A DNA stretch of 64,000 nucleotides from Candidatus Gastranaerophilales bacterium (GCA_944323675.1 CALUTK010000001.1:12806-76805); one strand, 5' to 3'. Shown: positions 19,060-26,419, counted from the stretch's first letter. Notes: generated by a model from the letters alone, not told the origin. Numbers and translations: made by a program.

Positions 19060-19995
19060 ATGATAACACTTCAAAGTATAAAATTAAATAATTTGCATAA
19101 TAAAAATGCTAATGTATTTGCTGGAACTTCTGCCACGGTAAACCGACAGAAATCCGATACTGAAAAAAGTAATCAAACAGATTCCTTTGTAAAAGCACAT
19201 AAAAAAGAGTTATCCTTATTGTCAGGAGTTATTGTTCTTGCTGCCGGCATAATTACATTTTTAAAGCTCCGGAAAGGGAAAAATAATATAGGTAATGTAA
19301 GCGGTAAGACCGGTAATCCGCAGAAAATTCAGCCTGAATTTAAACCGGAAAATAAGACGGAGAATATTTCTGAAACTTATAATCCTGAACAAAAAAATCA
19401 AACAGCGCCGGCTGAAAAAAGAAACGATGTTCCTATTTCAGATAGAGAAAAAAAAGAAGCAGCTGCTGAAATTCTCGAAAAAATAAAAAAAATAGTACAA
19501 AATCCTGATAAAATTTCTCTGCTTTCGGAAAGTATAAACGCTGAAAATCTTGATTTGTTAACGGATATTACTAACAGTCCTGAGATTTATAAAATAAAAA
19601 CAGTAAAAGATATAAATGCATATTTAAGCAATTGCAAGTCTGAGAATATTGAGTTTATAAAACAAAAACTTCTCCCGTTGATAGATAAAAACAACTATAA
19701 ACTAAAACTGGACAGGGGGTTGTTTATCGGACAAATCGCCGGTCATTTAAATGATTCAACCATAGATGTTCTTGATACTGTAGCTCAAAATGCTGAAAAT
19801 TTAAATCTCAATAAGTTTGAATTAACCGAATTTATTTTGACAGTGAACGAGAAAAACAAAGATTTAATTCCTCTGATAGCGAAGAACGCGGAAAAACTCG
19901 GACTTAGAGATTGTTCTGATTCAGAAGATTTTCAAAAGATTTTTGATCTGGGAAAAGAAGGTATTGAAAAATTAATAAAAAGTGAGACAAAATGA
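19060..19995 (+). CDS. Single-pass membrane protein with helical-repeat C-domain, N-terminal-motif family
   Basis: N-terminus MITLQSIKLNNLHNKNANVFAGT. TM segment LSLLSGVIVLAAGIITFLKL. No recognisable domain. Confidence 0.6.
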   Translation: MITLQSIKLNNLHNKNANVFAGTSATVNRQKSDTEKSNQTDSFVKAHKKELSLLSGVIVLAAGIITFLKLRKGKNNIGNVSGKTGNPQKIQPEFKPENKTENISETYNPEQKNQTAPAEKRNDVPISDREKKEAAAEILEKIKKIVQNPDKISLLSESINAENLDLLTDITNSPEIYKIKTVKDINAYLSNCKSENIEFIKQKLLPLIDKNNYKLKLDRGLFIGQIAGHLNDSTIDVLDTVAQNAENLNLNKFELTEFILTVNEKNKDLIPLIAKNAEKLGLRDCSDSEDFQKIFDLGKEGIEKLIKSETK

Positions 19996-21245
19996 GAATT
20001 AATCCGATTACTTTTACAAGTTGTACAAATCGAAAATACACTGACTGCAGACCTGTATTCAAAGGGGAATATTATTGCGGGAAATACTATACTGATAATC
20101 AGATTAAAACAGCTAAAAAATATCAGTATGTAGATGATTATTATAATCTATTATTCGGAAAATTTCTAGATGAAGAAAGCGGTTTTTTTACATCGTTTGA
20201 TACTGCGTTTGATAGGGCAATGACGCGCATGAAACCAATCGAGGAACTGGTTGAATATTTTCAGGCAATAAATAAGCAAAAAGATGAAGAACTTGAAAAA
20301 ATCTCCAAAGATCTATCTGATTTAAAAACTAAACAGCAAGATTTAGACAATGACATTGATGCTATAGCAAAAGATTTAGACAATGAAAAACGGCTTGCCA
20401 AAAAGAAAAAAGAAGAGGTTGAAAGCTACCTTGGAATGCAGAAACGTTCCAAGAAAGTCAAGGAAATATTGAATGAAAAGTTTATAAAACTGGCAAAAGC
20501 CGAGAATATCGGCGGCGTAAATCAATCAAAGATTACATTTCCAAATGGAATATTGATATCCGGTCTGGATGAAGAATCAATGGCTAATGTTGTTTCATAT
20601 TGTGCAGACCAATCCGATATGGGGTTAAAAATTATTGATTTTAAAAAAGTTGAACCAAAAAATGTCATAAATGTGTTGGCGAAAACAACTAAAGAAACAA
20701 AATTTTCCGGAAGAAGAAACATTATCTATATAAAAAATTTTGATATTTATTCAAAACCAGATATAAATAACGACGAAATTATCCCTAAGCTAAAAGCTCT
20801 TTTATCAAATTGCTCTTCGCAAAGAAAATGTACAATATTCATAAATTATGACAAGCCGAAAGAGTTGTCTCCGGAAATAACCGCTGACCACAGATTTGAT
20901 AAGATAGATGTCACAGATATTAAGTACAAATACAAACCGAAATTTAAACCCTATTACAAAGATTACAAAATGAAATATGGAATAACAAATGATGACGTGG
21001 TTGAATTATTCTGCGGAAATTGGGGCTATAATGACAAAGTTTTATGGATAAATTCTCGAAGAACTAAAGATATTAATGCTGTTTTGGATAACATTATTGC
21101 GATAAAAGAACTTAAAAAATTTAAAAATGTTGAAAAGCTGCAATGCCCTGAGCCTGAAGAATTACACCTATTAACCGGATTTAAAAATACTTACGGACGT
21201 ACTGACGGGTACAGATATATATACGAAAAGAAATTAGATTATTAA
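19992..21245 (+). CDS. Degenerate AAA+-like protein (Walker A lost), paralog of 17674..19047; N-terminal-motif family
   Basis: ATGA overlap with the upstream gene. N-terminus MRINPITFTSCTNRKYTDCRPVFKG, then a coiled coil. NGILISGLDEESMANV occupies the position of NSILFYGPRGTGKTFFAQ; IIYIKNFD vs IVLLDEFD; CTIFINYD vs TVFMTTNYP. Confidence 0.65.
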   Translation: MRINPITFTSCTNRKYTDCRPVFKGEYYCGKYYTDNQIKTAKKYQYVDDYYNLLFGKFLDEESGFFTSFDTAFDRAMTRMKPIEELVEYFQAINKQKDEELEKISKDLSDLKTKQQDLDNDIDAIAKDLDNEKRLAKKKKEEVESYLGMQKRSKKVKEILNEKFIKLAKAENIGGVNQSKITFPNGILISGLDEESMANVVSYCADQSDMGLKIIDFKKVEPKNVINVLAKTTKETKFSGRRNIIYIKNFDIYSKPDINNDEIIPKLKALLSNCSSQRKCTIFINYDKPKELSPEITADHRFDKIDVTDIKYKYKPKFKPYYKDYKMKYGITNDDVVELFCGNWGYNDKVLWINSRRTKDINAVLDNIIAIKELKKFKNVEKLQCPEPEELHLLTGFKNTYGRTDGYRYIYEKKLDY

Positions 21246-21260
21246 ATCTTCGGAGCGTTT

Positions 21261-22109
21261 ATGAAACTCTTACCACTAAAGAATCAGTATGACATAAGTT
21301 TTCAAGCAGGCTTGAAACCAGAGTTTATGAAGGAAATAAAAAATTTAAATCCGAACGCCGCGGTAAACAATTTTAAATTATATAATATTGAAAGTGAATT
21401 TTCGGATAATAAAATAATCGCCTGGTGCTGCAGTAAGGTTCTGGATATACTAAAAGAAATAAACAAAAAAAATAATACAAATTTAGGTTTTCCAAAAGCT
21501 ATTTTCGTGGAGGATTTTAAAAATTTAAAAATTGATACTGATAATATAATCGGGTTTTCAACATTTCAACCTTCAAGAATCAATAAGCGTGATACAAGAA
21601 TTTATCCTGAACAAACAATATTTTTCAACAAGAATTTTAACTGGGATTTAATTGATTTCTATGCAGATACTGAGTTTTTAAACAAAAATTTGCCAACCAA
21701 TCATTTTCTAGATGTATTTGTCCATGAATTCGGCCATGCGGCACATTCTTCAAATATCTTAAAAAAGTGTGGAGTAAAACGTTATTTAAAATTTCTGGAT
21801 AATATAAAGGACAGAAGTTTAATAGAAGAATACAATGAAACTTTTTCGGAACAATTATCATCAATATGCAGCTATGCCAAAAGAAATCCGCTTGAAACAA
21901 TAGCCTGTCACTTTTCAAAATCCGTATTGGAAATTGTAAATAAAAATAATCTTTCAGTAAATACAGACTTTAAGATTTGCCACCCGTATGATTCAAAATA
22001 TAAAATAATGAATATTATAAATTCCTTAAAAAAGAATACTGAAAAAGAAAGTTTTTTGACATTTTTAACAGGAGTATGGAATGGAAAGGCTATAAAGCCT
22101 AAAAAGTAA
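21261..22109 (+). CDS. HExxH protein (putative zinc metallopeptidase), N-terminal-motif family
   Basis: GGAG SD. N-terminus MKLLPLKNQYDISFQAGL. Motif VFVHEFGHAAHS with acidic residues about 30 aa downstream (LIEEYNE). Confidence 0.55.
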   Translation: MKLLPLKNQYDISFQAGLKPEFMKEIKNLNPNAAVNNFKLYNIESEFSDNKIIAWCCSKVLDILKEINKKNNTNLGFPKAIFVEDFKNLKIDTDNIIGFSTFQPSRINKRDTRIYPEQTIFFNKNFNWDLIDFYADTEFLNKNLPTNHFLDVFVHEFGHAAHSSNILKKCGVKRYLKFLDNIKDRSLIEEYNETFSEQLSSICSYAKRNPLETIACHFSKSVLEIVNKNNLSVNTDFKICHPYDSKYKIMNIINSLKKNTEKESFLTFLTGVWNGKAIKPKK

Positions 22110-22179
22110 AGACTTGACTGATAAGTTTTACAATTGGACAAGATGCTAAAATACTATTATTTTAATCGTAGCATATTTG

Positions 22180-22386
22180 TTAACCGCCACAGGTTTTACA
22201 AGGGCGTCCGCCCTGTTTTTGAGCTTCTTTTTTCTCGATTTTGATACATTTTTTGCAGCGGACAGCGTGGTGGCAGTTTACTGAATGATAAATTTTTGAA
22301 TCGGGATTAAACACAACAGTTTCAGCAAATACAGTTAATGAAAAATTCAAACAAATAATTATAAGAATACTTATAAACTTTTTCAT
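22180..22386 (-). CDS. Small secreted Cys-rich protein (sunset/Ada-Zn-like motif)
   Basis: Signal peptide MKKFISILIIICLNFSLTVFA. Mature part has KIYHSVNCHHAVRCKKC...EAQKQGGRPCKTCGG (YH-x3-C ... PC-x2-C). Domain name is from memory. Confidence 0.55.
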   Translation of the reverse strand: MKKFISILIIICLNFSLTVFAETVVFNPDSKIYHSVNCHHAVRCKKCIKIEKKEAQKQGGRPCKTCGG

Positions 22387-22447
22387 TTTTATCCCTTTTT
22401 TAATTGTGCTGAAAACGATATATCAGTATTTAGCAACCAATAAAAAA

Positions 22448-22537
22448 CGGAGCAGCAGGGATTTGAACCCTGGATGCAGGTTAGACCCACATAACACCTT
22501 AGCAGGGTGCCGCCTTCAGCCACTCGGCCACTACTCC
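22448..22537 (-). tRNA. tRNA-Ser (anticodon GCU), long variable arm, no encoded CCA
   Basis: Reverse complement GGAGTAGTGGCCGAGTGGCTGAAGGCGGCACCCTGCTAAGGTGT...CAGGGTTCAAATCCCTGCTGCTCCG folds into acceptor, D, anticodon (loop CTGCTAA) and T arms. Confidence 0.9.
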
Positions 22538-22682
22538 ATTTTTCTTATTCTTTTTTCATGCCGGCTTGTCCAGCCTTATATTTCATAATATATCATAAAT
22601 ATTTTTTTTCGTAAACGGTTTTATTTATTTTTTTTCTGACTATAATATTATTAATGATTTATGCTTAAGAAAGGTTTTTAAT

Positions 22683-23198
22683 ATGATTGAAATGAAAGTT
22701 ATGGGTATTGCGCTTGACACAAGAACGGGGTCTCCTATTGTGGTTCTTCATGATAAAGAAAACAGAAAAGCGCTTCCTATTTGGATTGGATCAGCCGAGG
22801 CCAGCGCCATTATCAGAAAAATTGAAAATCTCGCAGTCGCGCGTCCGATGACTCACGATTTGATTATTAATATCGTAGAAAAAGCAGGATATCACCTTGA
22901 TAAAATAGAGATTAACGATGTCGAAAAAGATACTTATTATGCTACTTTGTATTTAAAAAATGATAAGGATGAAGTTTTGGAAATTGATTCACGGCCTTCG
23001 GATGCTATAGCGCTTGCAATCCGCGTTGATGCACCGATTTTTGTTACCGCAAATGTTATTTCAAACGGATCTGTTTCGACTGATTCTGCAAAAGACGAAG
23101 AAGAAGCTCAGGAATTTAAGAAATTTGTCCAGAGTATTAAGCCTTCCGATTTTGCTAAACTGATGAAAGATAACGATCATCACGAAAGCGATCAGTAA
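22683..23198 (+). CDS. Bifunctional nuclease family protein (BFN/DUF151)
   Basis: Family-typical blocks LPIWIGSAEASAI, RPMTHDL, IDSRPSDAIALAIRVDAPIFV. Confidence 0.8.
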   Translation: MIEMKVMGIALDTRTGSPIVVLHDKENRKALPIWIGSAEASAIIRKIENLAVARPMTHDLIINIVEKAGYHLDKIEINDVEKDTYYATLYLKNDKDEVLEIDSRPSDAIALAIRVDAPIFVTANVISNGSVSTDSAKDEEEAQEFKKFVQSIKPSDFAKLMKDNDHHESDQ

Positions 23199-23204
23199 TA
23201 TTTT

Positions 23205-23232
23205 AAAAAAGCCTCAAAGTTTGAGGCTTTTT
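23205..23232. terminator. Bidirectional intrinsic terminator
   Basis: aaaaaagcctcaa-agt-ttgaggcttttt lies between convergent genes. Confidence 0.75.
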
Positions 23233-23234
23233 AG

Positions 23235-24038
23235 TTATTTTAAATATTTAACCGTTCCGTTAATAACTTTTCCTAGAAGTTTTGCTCCTTTTTCCAGTAA
23301 CAATGTTCCCGGCACTTTTGAATCGAATTTCACGGAATTTGTTATTGTGGTTCCGGAAGGAAGCGTGAATTTAACCGGTTTTGAAGGGGCGGTCTCTTCT
23401 GCCACCTCCGCAAATTTTGAGGTTACATCAACGCCGTTTATTATAATTCTGGTTGGCCTATTGTTATTTATTATCATATTACTGCCAAAATTATTCATAT
23501 ATATGTTTATTTTATTACGAACGGTAAGAATTAAATCTTCTATAGTATTTTTACCTTTTAAAATTAAGTCATCAGGGGTAGATATAAGTTTACCTTCAAC
23601 ATTGGAATTTTTGAGTGCAATTTTGCCGTTTATAACAGAAATTTCACCTTTAACAGTTGAATCTTCAATTTTTATCCCGCCGGTTGTTGTTGAAACATCT
23701 CCGGAGACTGAAGAGCAGTTTAAGACACGGATATTACCACTTGTGACTTTCACATCTCCCTTAACTTTTGTATCGGTAAGCGTAATGTTTCCGCTTATTG
23801 CCTCTAAAGCATCTTTAACTTTACAAGATTCAACGTCTATATTTCCGCTAAGAGTTGATGCACCGTGTTTCAGTGTAGAATCAAAAGCCTCAATATTTCC
23901 GGACATGGTAGAAATGTGGGAATCAACGACTTTATTGTCAAAAAACATATTAGAGCACATGCTTGAATATCTTGAAGTAAATGCGACCTGAGATGGTCTG
24001 GCTTGAATTCGCGGGCTATAGCCTACTTTTGTAATCAT
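23235..24038 (-). CDS. Beta-helix-like repeat protein (bactofilin/polymer-forming-like repeats), N-terminal-motif family
   Basis: AAAGGAG SD. N-terminus MITKVGYSPRIQARPSQVAFTSRY. Iterated SGNI(x)...V(K/S)G(D/E)(V/I) units. The 256-aa plus-strand ORF is its antisense shadow. Confidence 0.65.
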   Translation of the reverse strand: MITKVGYSPRIQARPSQVAFTSRYSSMCSNMFFDNKVVDSHISTMSGNIEAFDSTLKHGASTLSGNIDVESCKVKDALEAISGNITLTDTKVKGDVKVTSGNIRVLNCSSVSGDVSTTTGGIKIEDSTVKGEISVINGKIALKNSNVEGKLISTPDDLILKGKNTIEDLILTVRNKINIYMNNFGSNMIINNNRPTRIIINGVDVTSKFAEVAEETAPSKPVKFTLPSGTTITNSVKFDSKVPGTLLLEKGAKLLGKVINGTVKYLK

Positions 24039-24236
24039 TTTTTCTCCTTTAATGTTGTGTATCTTTTATTAAAACTGAAAAATAAATTTTTTGCTGTAAA
24101 TTTGTAAACTTTGTAACGAAAAAACTGTTTTGTGAAATTCGTAAACTGCAAAACTTTTTATATATTTGAGAGAGAGTAACAGCAAATTGTTTTAACCTGC
24201 TAATGCAGGCTATAAACAGTAACACAAGAGGTAACA

Positions 24237-24431
24237 ATGTTAGATTCTATTAAGGCCGTACAGGCACAGCAAATCTACAGAGTTCAGCCCGTCGCATTCA
24301 ATGACGGCTCCAACGGGCGGCAGCAAAAGACTTCTGAGACCAATTTCTTTGCAAACGGTGCACACAACCTAAATTACCCGTCGGTCAAAGGAAGTGAGAC
24401 CTTGGGAAGGTCCTTGGATTTGTTAGCTTAA
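24237..24431 (+). CDS. Small hypothetical protein (64 aa), paralog of 24523..24729
   Basis: AGAGG SD. Shares (A/V)(V/I)QAQ near the N-terminus and a G-R-x-(L/Y)-x-L-A C-terminus with the neighbour. C-terminal LGRSLDLLA resembles YjfB-type small proteins (from memory). Confidence 0.45.
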   Translation: MLDSIKAVQAQQIYRVQPVAFNDGSNGRQQKTSETNFFANGAHNLNYPSVKGSETLGRSLDLLA

Positions 24432-24522
24432 TATTTCTTAATATTTTGTCGATTTCAGGCAATTTTTTGATTACCCTATACTTTATTATAGTATAGGGAT
24501 AAATTAATATGGGGAATTAATT

Positions 24523-24729
24523 ATGACACTATCTGTCGGGAATATTTTAGGGGCACTGAAAATAAATTATGCCGGTCAAATCGGGAAAGTTGATGCAATA
24601 CAGGCACAGAACTTTTTCCAGAATGCAACAACAGCCGGACAGACTATTGATTTAAACCGTCCGGAGCACAGGAATTCAACCCCTTACGGTGATTCTCCAA
24701 ACACTGGCAGACTTTATTATCTTGCGTAA
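24523..24729 (+). CDS. Small hypothetical protein (68 aa), paralog of 24237..24431
   Basis: GGGGA SD-like element. A strong terminator follows at 24755..24793. Confidence 0.45.
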   Translation: MTLSVGNILGALKINYAGQIGKVDAIQAQNFFQNATTAGQTIDLNRPEHRNSTPYGDSPNTGRLYYLA

Positions 24730-24754
24730 TCAATGCAATCTCGAATATATATAA

Positions 24755-24793
24755 ACAGAACCGCGGGTTTCGTGCCTGCGGTTCTGTTTTTTT
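24755..24793 (+). terminator. Rho-independent terminator
   Basis: cagaaccgc-(13-nt loop)-gcggttctg followed by ttttttt. Confidence 0.85.
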
Positions 24794-24949
24794 AGAAGAA
24801 GCCTACTTGCAAAAGAAGTTTGTTAAATTTTCATTGCTACCACTCCTCGAAATCAGAGATTTTGTTACCTCTCACAAAACATGACATTTAGTCACCTTTT
24901 GTTCGGCAGAGTCTCAAGTGGAGGACAAAAATCTTATAAGAAAATATCA

Positions 24950-25055
24950 CGTCATTCCGGAAGCGTAGAAAAACAAATTGAGACAGAAGTCGAAATATAG
25001 TTTTTCAAGCTATGCGGAATCGCATAACCGTCGCATCTAACGATAATAGGATTCT
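24950..25055 (+). repeat. Dispersed repeat module starting CGTCATTCCGGAAGCGTAGAAAA, copy 1
   Basis: By hand alignment, about 80% identical over about 105 nt to 48956..49060. The blocks cgtcattccggaagcgtagaaaa and caagctatgcggaatcgcat are identical. Confidence 0.85.
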
Positions 25056-25157
25056 GTGGATTTTTGTTGTGCAAGTATGTCCAACCGACAATACACCAAC
25101 AACCCTATTTTGTTGCAAAGGAAGAGAGCAAATAAACTATCTTTATTCACGATATTA

Positions 25158-25262
25158 ACCCTCTCCTGTCCTCCGGACACCCTCTCCCAGAGGGAGAGGG
25201 TGGGAAGAAAACGCTTAAACTTTTCAACCTTTCCCCTAAATTGCCCTTTCCTGCTTCACTTT
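25158..25262 (+). repeat. Composite hairpin repeat unit U1 (CCCTCTCCC-N3-GGGAGAGGG hairpin + TTTCAAC block + CTTCACT tail)
   Basis: accctctcctgtcctccggacaccctctcccagagggagagggt is nearly identical to 29165..29209 (2 mismatches in the first 33 nt plus the loop). Confidence 0.85.
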
Positions 25263-25298
25263 ATTGCGCTTAACGTCTTATTATAAGTCGCAACAATC

Positions 25299-25547
25299 CT
25301 ACTCTTGAATAATTTCGTATAAACTTGGGGCTTCCTGAATACTTACATTATTCTGCGGAATACGTAAAACTTTTGCCCTGATTGTTCTATTGGCATATTC
25401 AATTTCAATAATATCGCCTTCTTTTAACTGTTTTCCCGCTTTTGCCGGATTCCCGTTAACAAAAACCCGACCCATATCAGAGACCTCATTGGCAACGGTT
25501 CTGCGCTTTATTAATCTTGATACTTTTAAAAATTTATCTAACCTCAT
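25299..25547 (-). CDS. rqcP: S4-domain RNA-binding protein, YabO/RqcP-like
   Basis: MRLDKFLKVSRLIKRRT... and the 82-aa size match the YabO-type small S4 proteins. Confidence 0.7.
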   Translation of the reverse strand: MRLDKFLKVSRLIKRRTVANEVSDMGRVFVNGNPAKAGKQLKEGDIIEIEYANRTIRAKVLRIPQNNVSIQEAPSLYEIIQE

Positions 25548-25612
25548 ATTTACATTCTATCATGCAAAACTCATTTATGATATAATCTTTTTAGATATAA
25601 ACGGAGTTCTCT

Positions 25613-26419
25613 ATGAAAAAATATTTAGCATTTATTGTATTTATATTGTTAATATTTGCGCAGGGCTGTTTTGCTGAGGATATAAAGTTTGTTCAGGTAA
25701 CTGACAGCCATTATACAAGGGATAATGAATATGCAAATAAAGTTTTAAAAGCAACGGTTAAAGATATAAATAAACTGCAGGGGGTTTCTTTTGTAGTTTT
25801 TACCGGTGATAATATTAACAGAGCAAAAGAAGAAGATTTGATTGCTTTTGTGAGAATAGTAAATAAGCTTAAGGTTCCTTATTATATGGTAATAGGAAAC
25901 CATGAAGTTTTTAAAACTAACGGGCTTTCAAAGCAGCGGTATATGGAAGTCATAAAAGAACATAACTTTCTATTCAGGCAGCGTACCCCTGATTATTACT
26001 TCAGAAAAGGTCCTTTCGGTTTTCTGATTGCTGACGGGGCAAAAGAAGTTATCCCTGGAGCAAACGGGTATTTTAAAGCTTCTACGCTTGAATATGTTGA
26101 TAAGCAATTGACAAAACATGATAACCTTAAATTTGTTATATTTCAGCATTTCCCGCTGATAGAACCTAAGCATTCTTCGTCCCACAGTACATACAAGGCT
26201 GAGGAATATCTTGAGCTTTTGAACAAACATTCAAACGTGATTGCTATAGTATCAGGACATTATCATATGAACAGCGAAAAAATGCAGGACGGAATTTATC
26301 ATATAAATACTCCGGCGCTTATTGTTCTGCCGCACCAGTATAAGATTATAGATATAAATTTAACAAAAGGGTTTTCCCCTATGATATATACGCAGCTTAG
26401 AGAAGTTACGGTAGAATAG
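25613..26419 (+). CDS. Calcineurin-like metallophosphoesterase with signal peptide
   Basis: DSHY, GDN, GNHE and GHYH motifs in canonical order. Hydrophobic N-terminus. Confidence 0.8.
   Translation: MKKYLAFIVFILLIFAQGCFAEDIKFVQVTDSHYTRDNEYANKVLKATVKDINKLQGVSFVVFTGDNINRAKEEDLIAFVRIVNKLKVPYYMVIGNHEVFKTNGLSKQRYMEVIKEHNFLFRQRTPDYYFRKGPFGFLIADGAKEVIPGANGYFKASTLEYVDKQLTKHDNLKFVIFQHFPLIEPKHSSSHSTYKAEEYLELLNKHSNVIAIVSGHYHMNSEKMQDGIYHINTPALIVLPHQYKIIDINLTKGFSPMIYTQLREVTVE

Noticed and set aside
13078-22537. Prophage or integrative element next to tRNA-Ser
   Set aside because: No integrase, recombinase, phage structural, conjugation or att-repeat signatures were seen. Only the weak compositional and positional hint is kept as a finding.
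22406-22588. 60-aa ORF
   Set aside because: It lies on top of tRNA-Ser(GCU), read on the opposite strand. It is an artefact.
23221-23991. 256-aa plus-strand ORF covering the beta-helix repeat gene
   Set aside because: It has no SD and gives an F/S/L/P/I-rich low-complexity product. It is exactly antisense to a minus-strand ORF that has a strong SD, a family N-terminal motif and a regular repeat structure. I treat it as a shadow frame.
24121-24522. Sigma-28 (TAAA-N15-GCCGATAA) promoters upstream of the two small paralogous ORFs
   Set aside because: The best candidates (GGCTATAA; GTCGATTT) have poor matches and wrong spacing to any TAAA.
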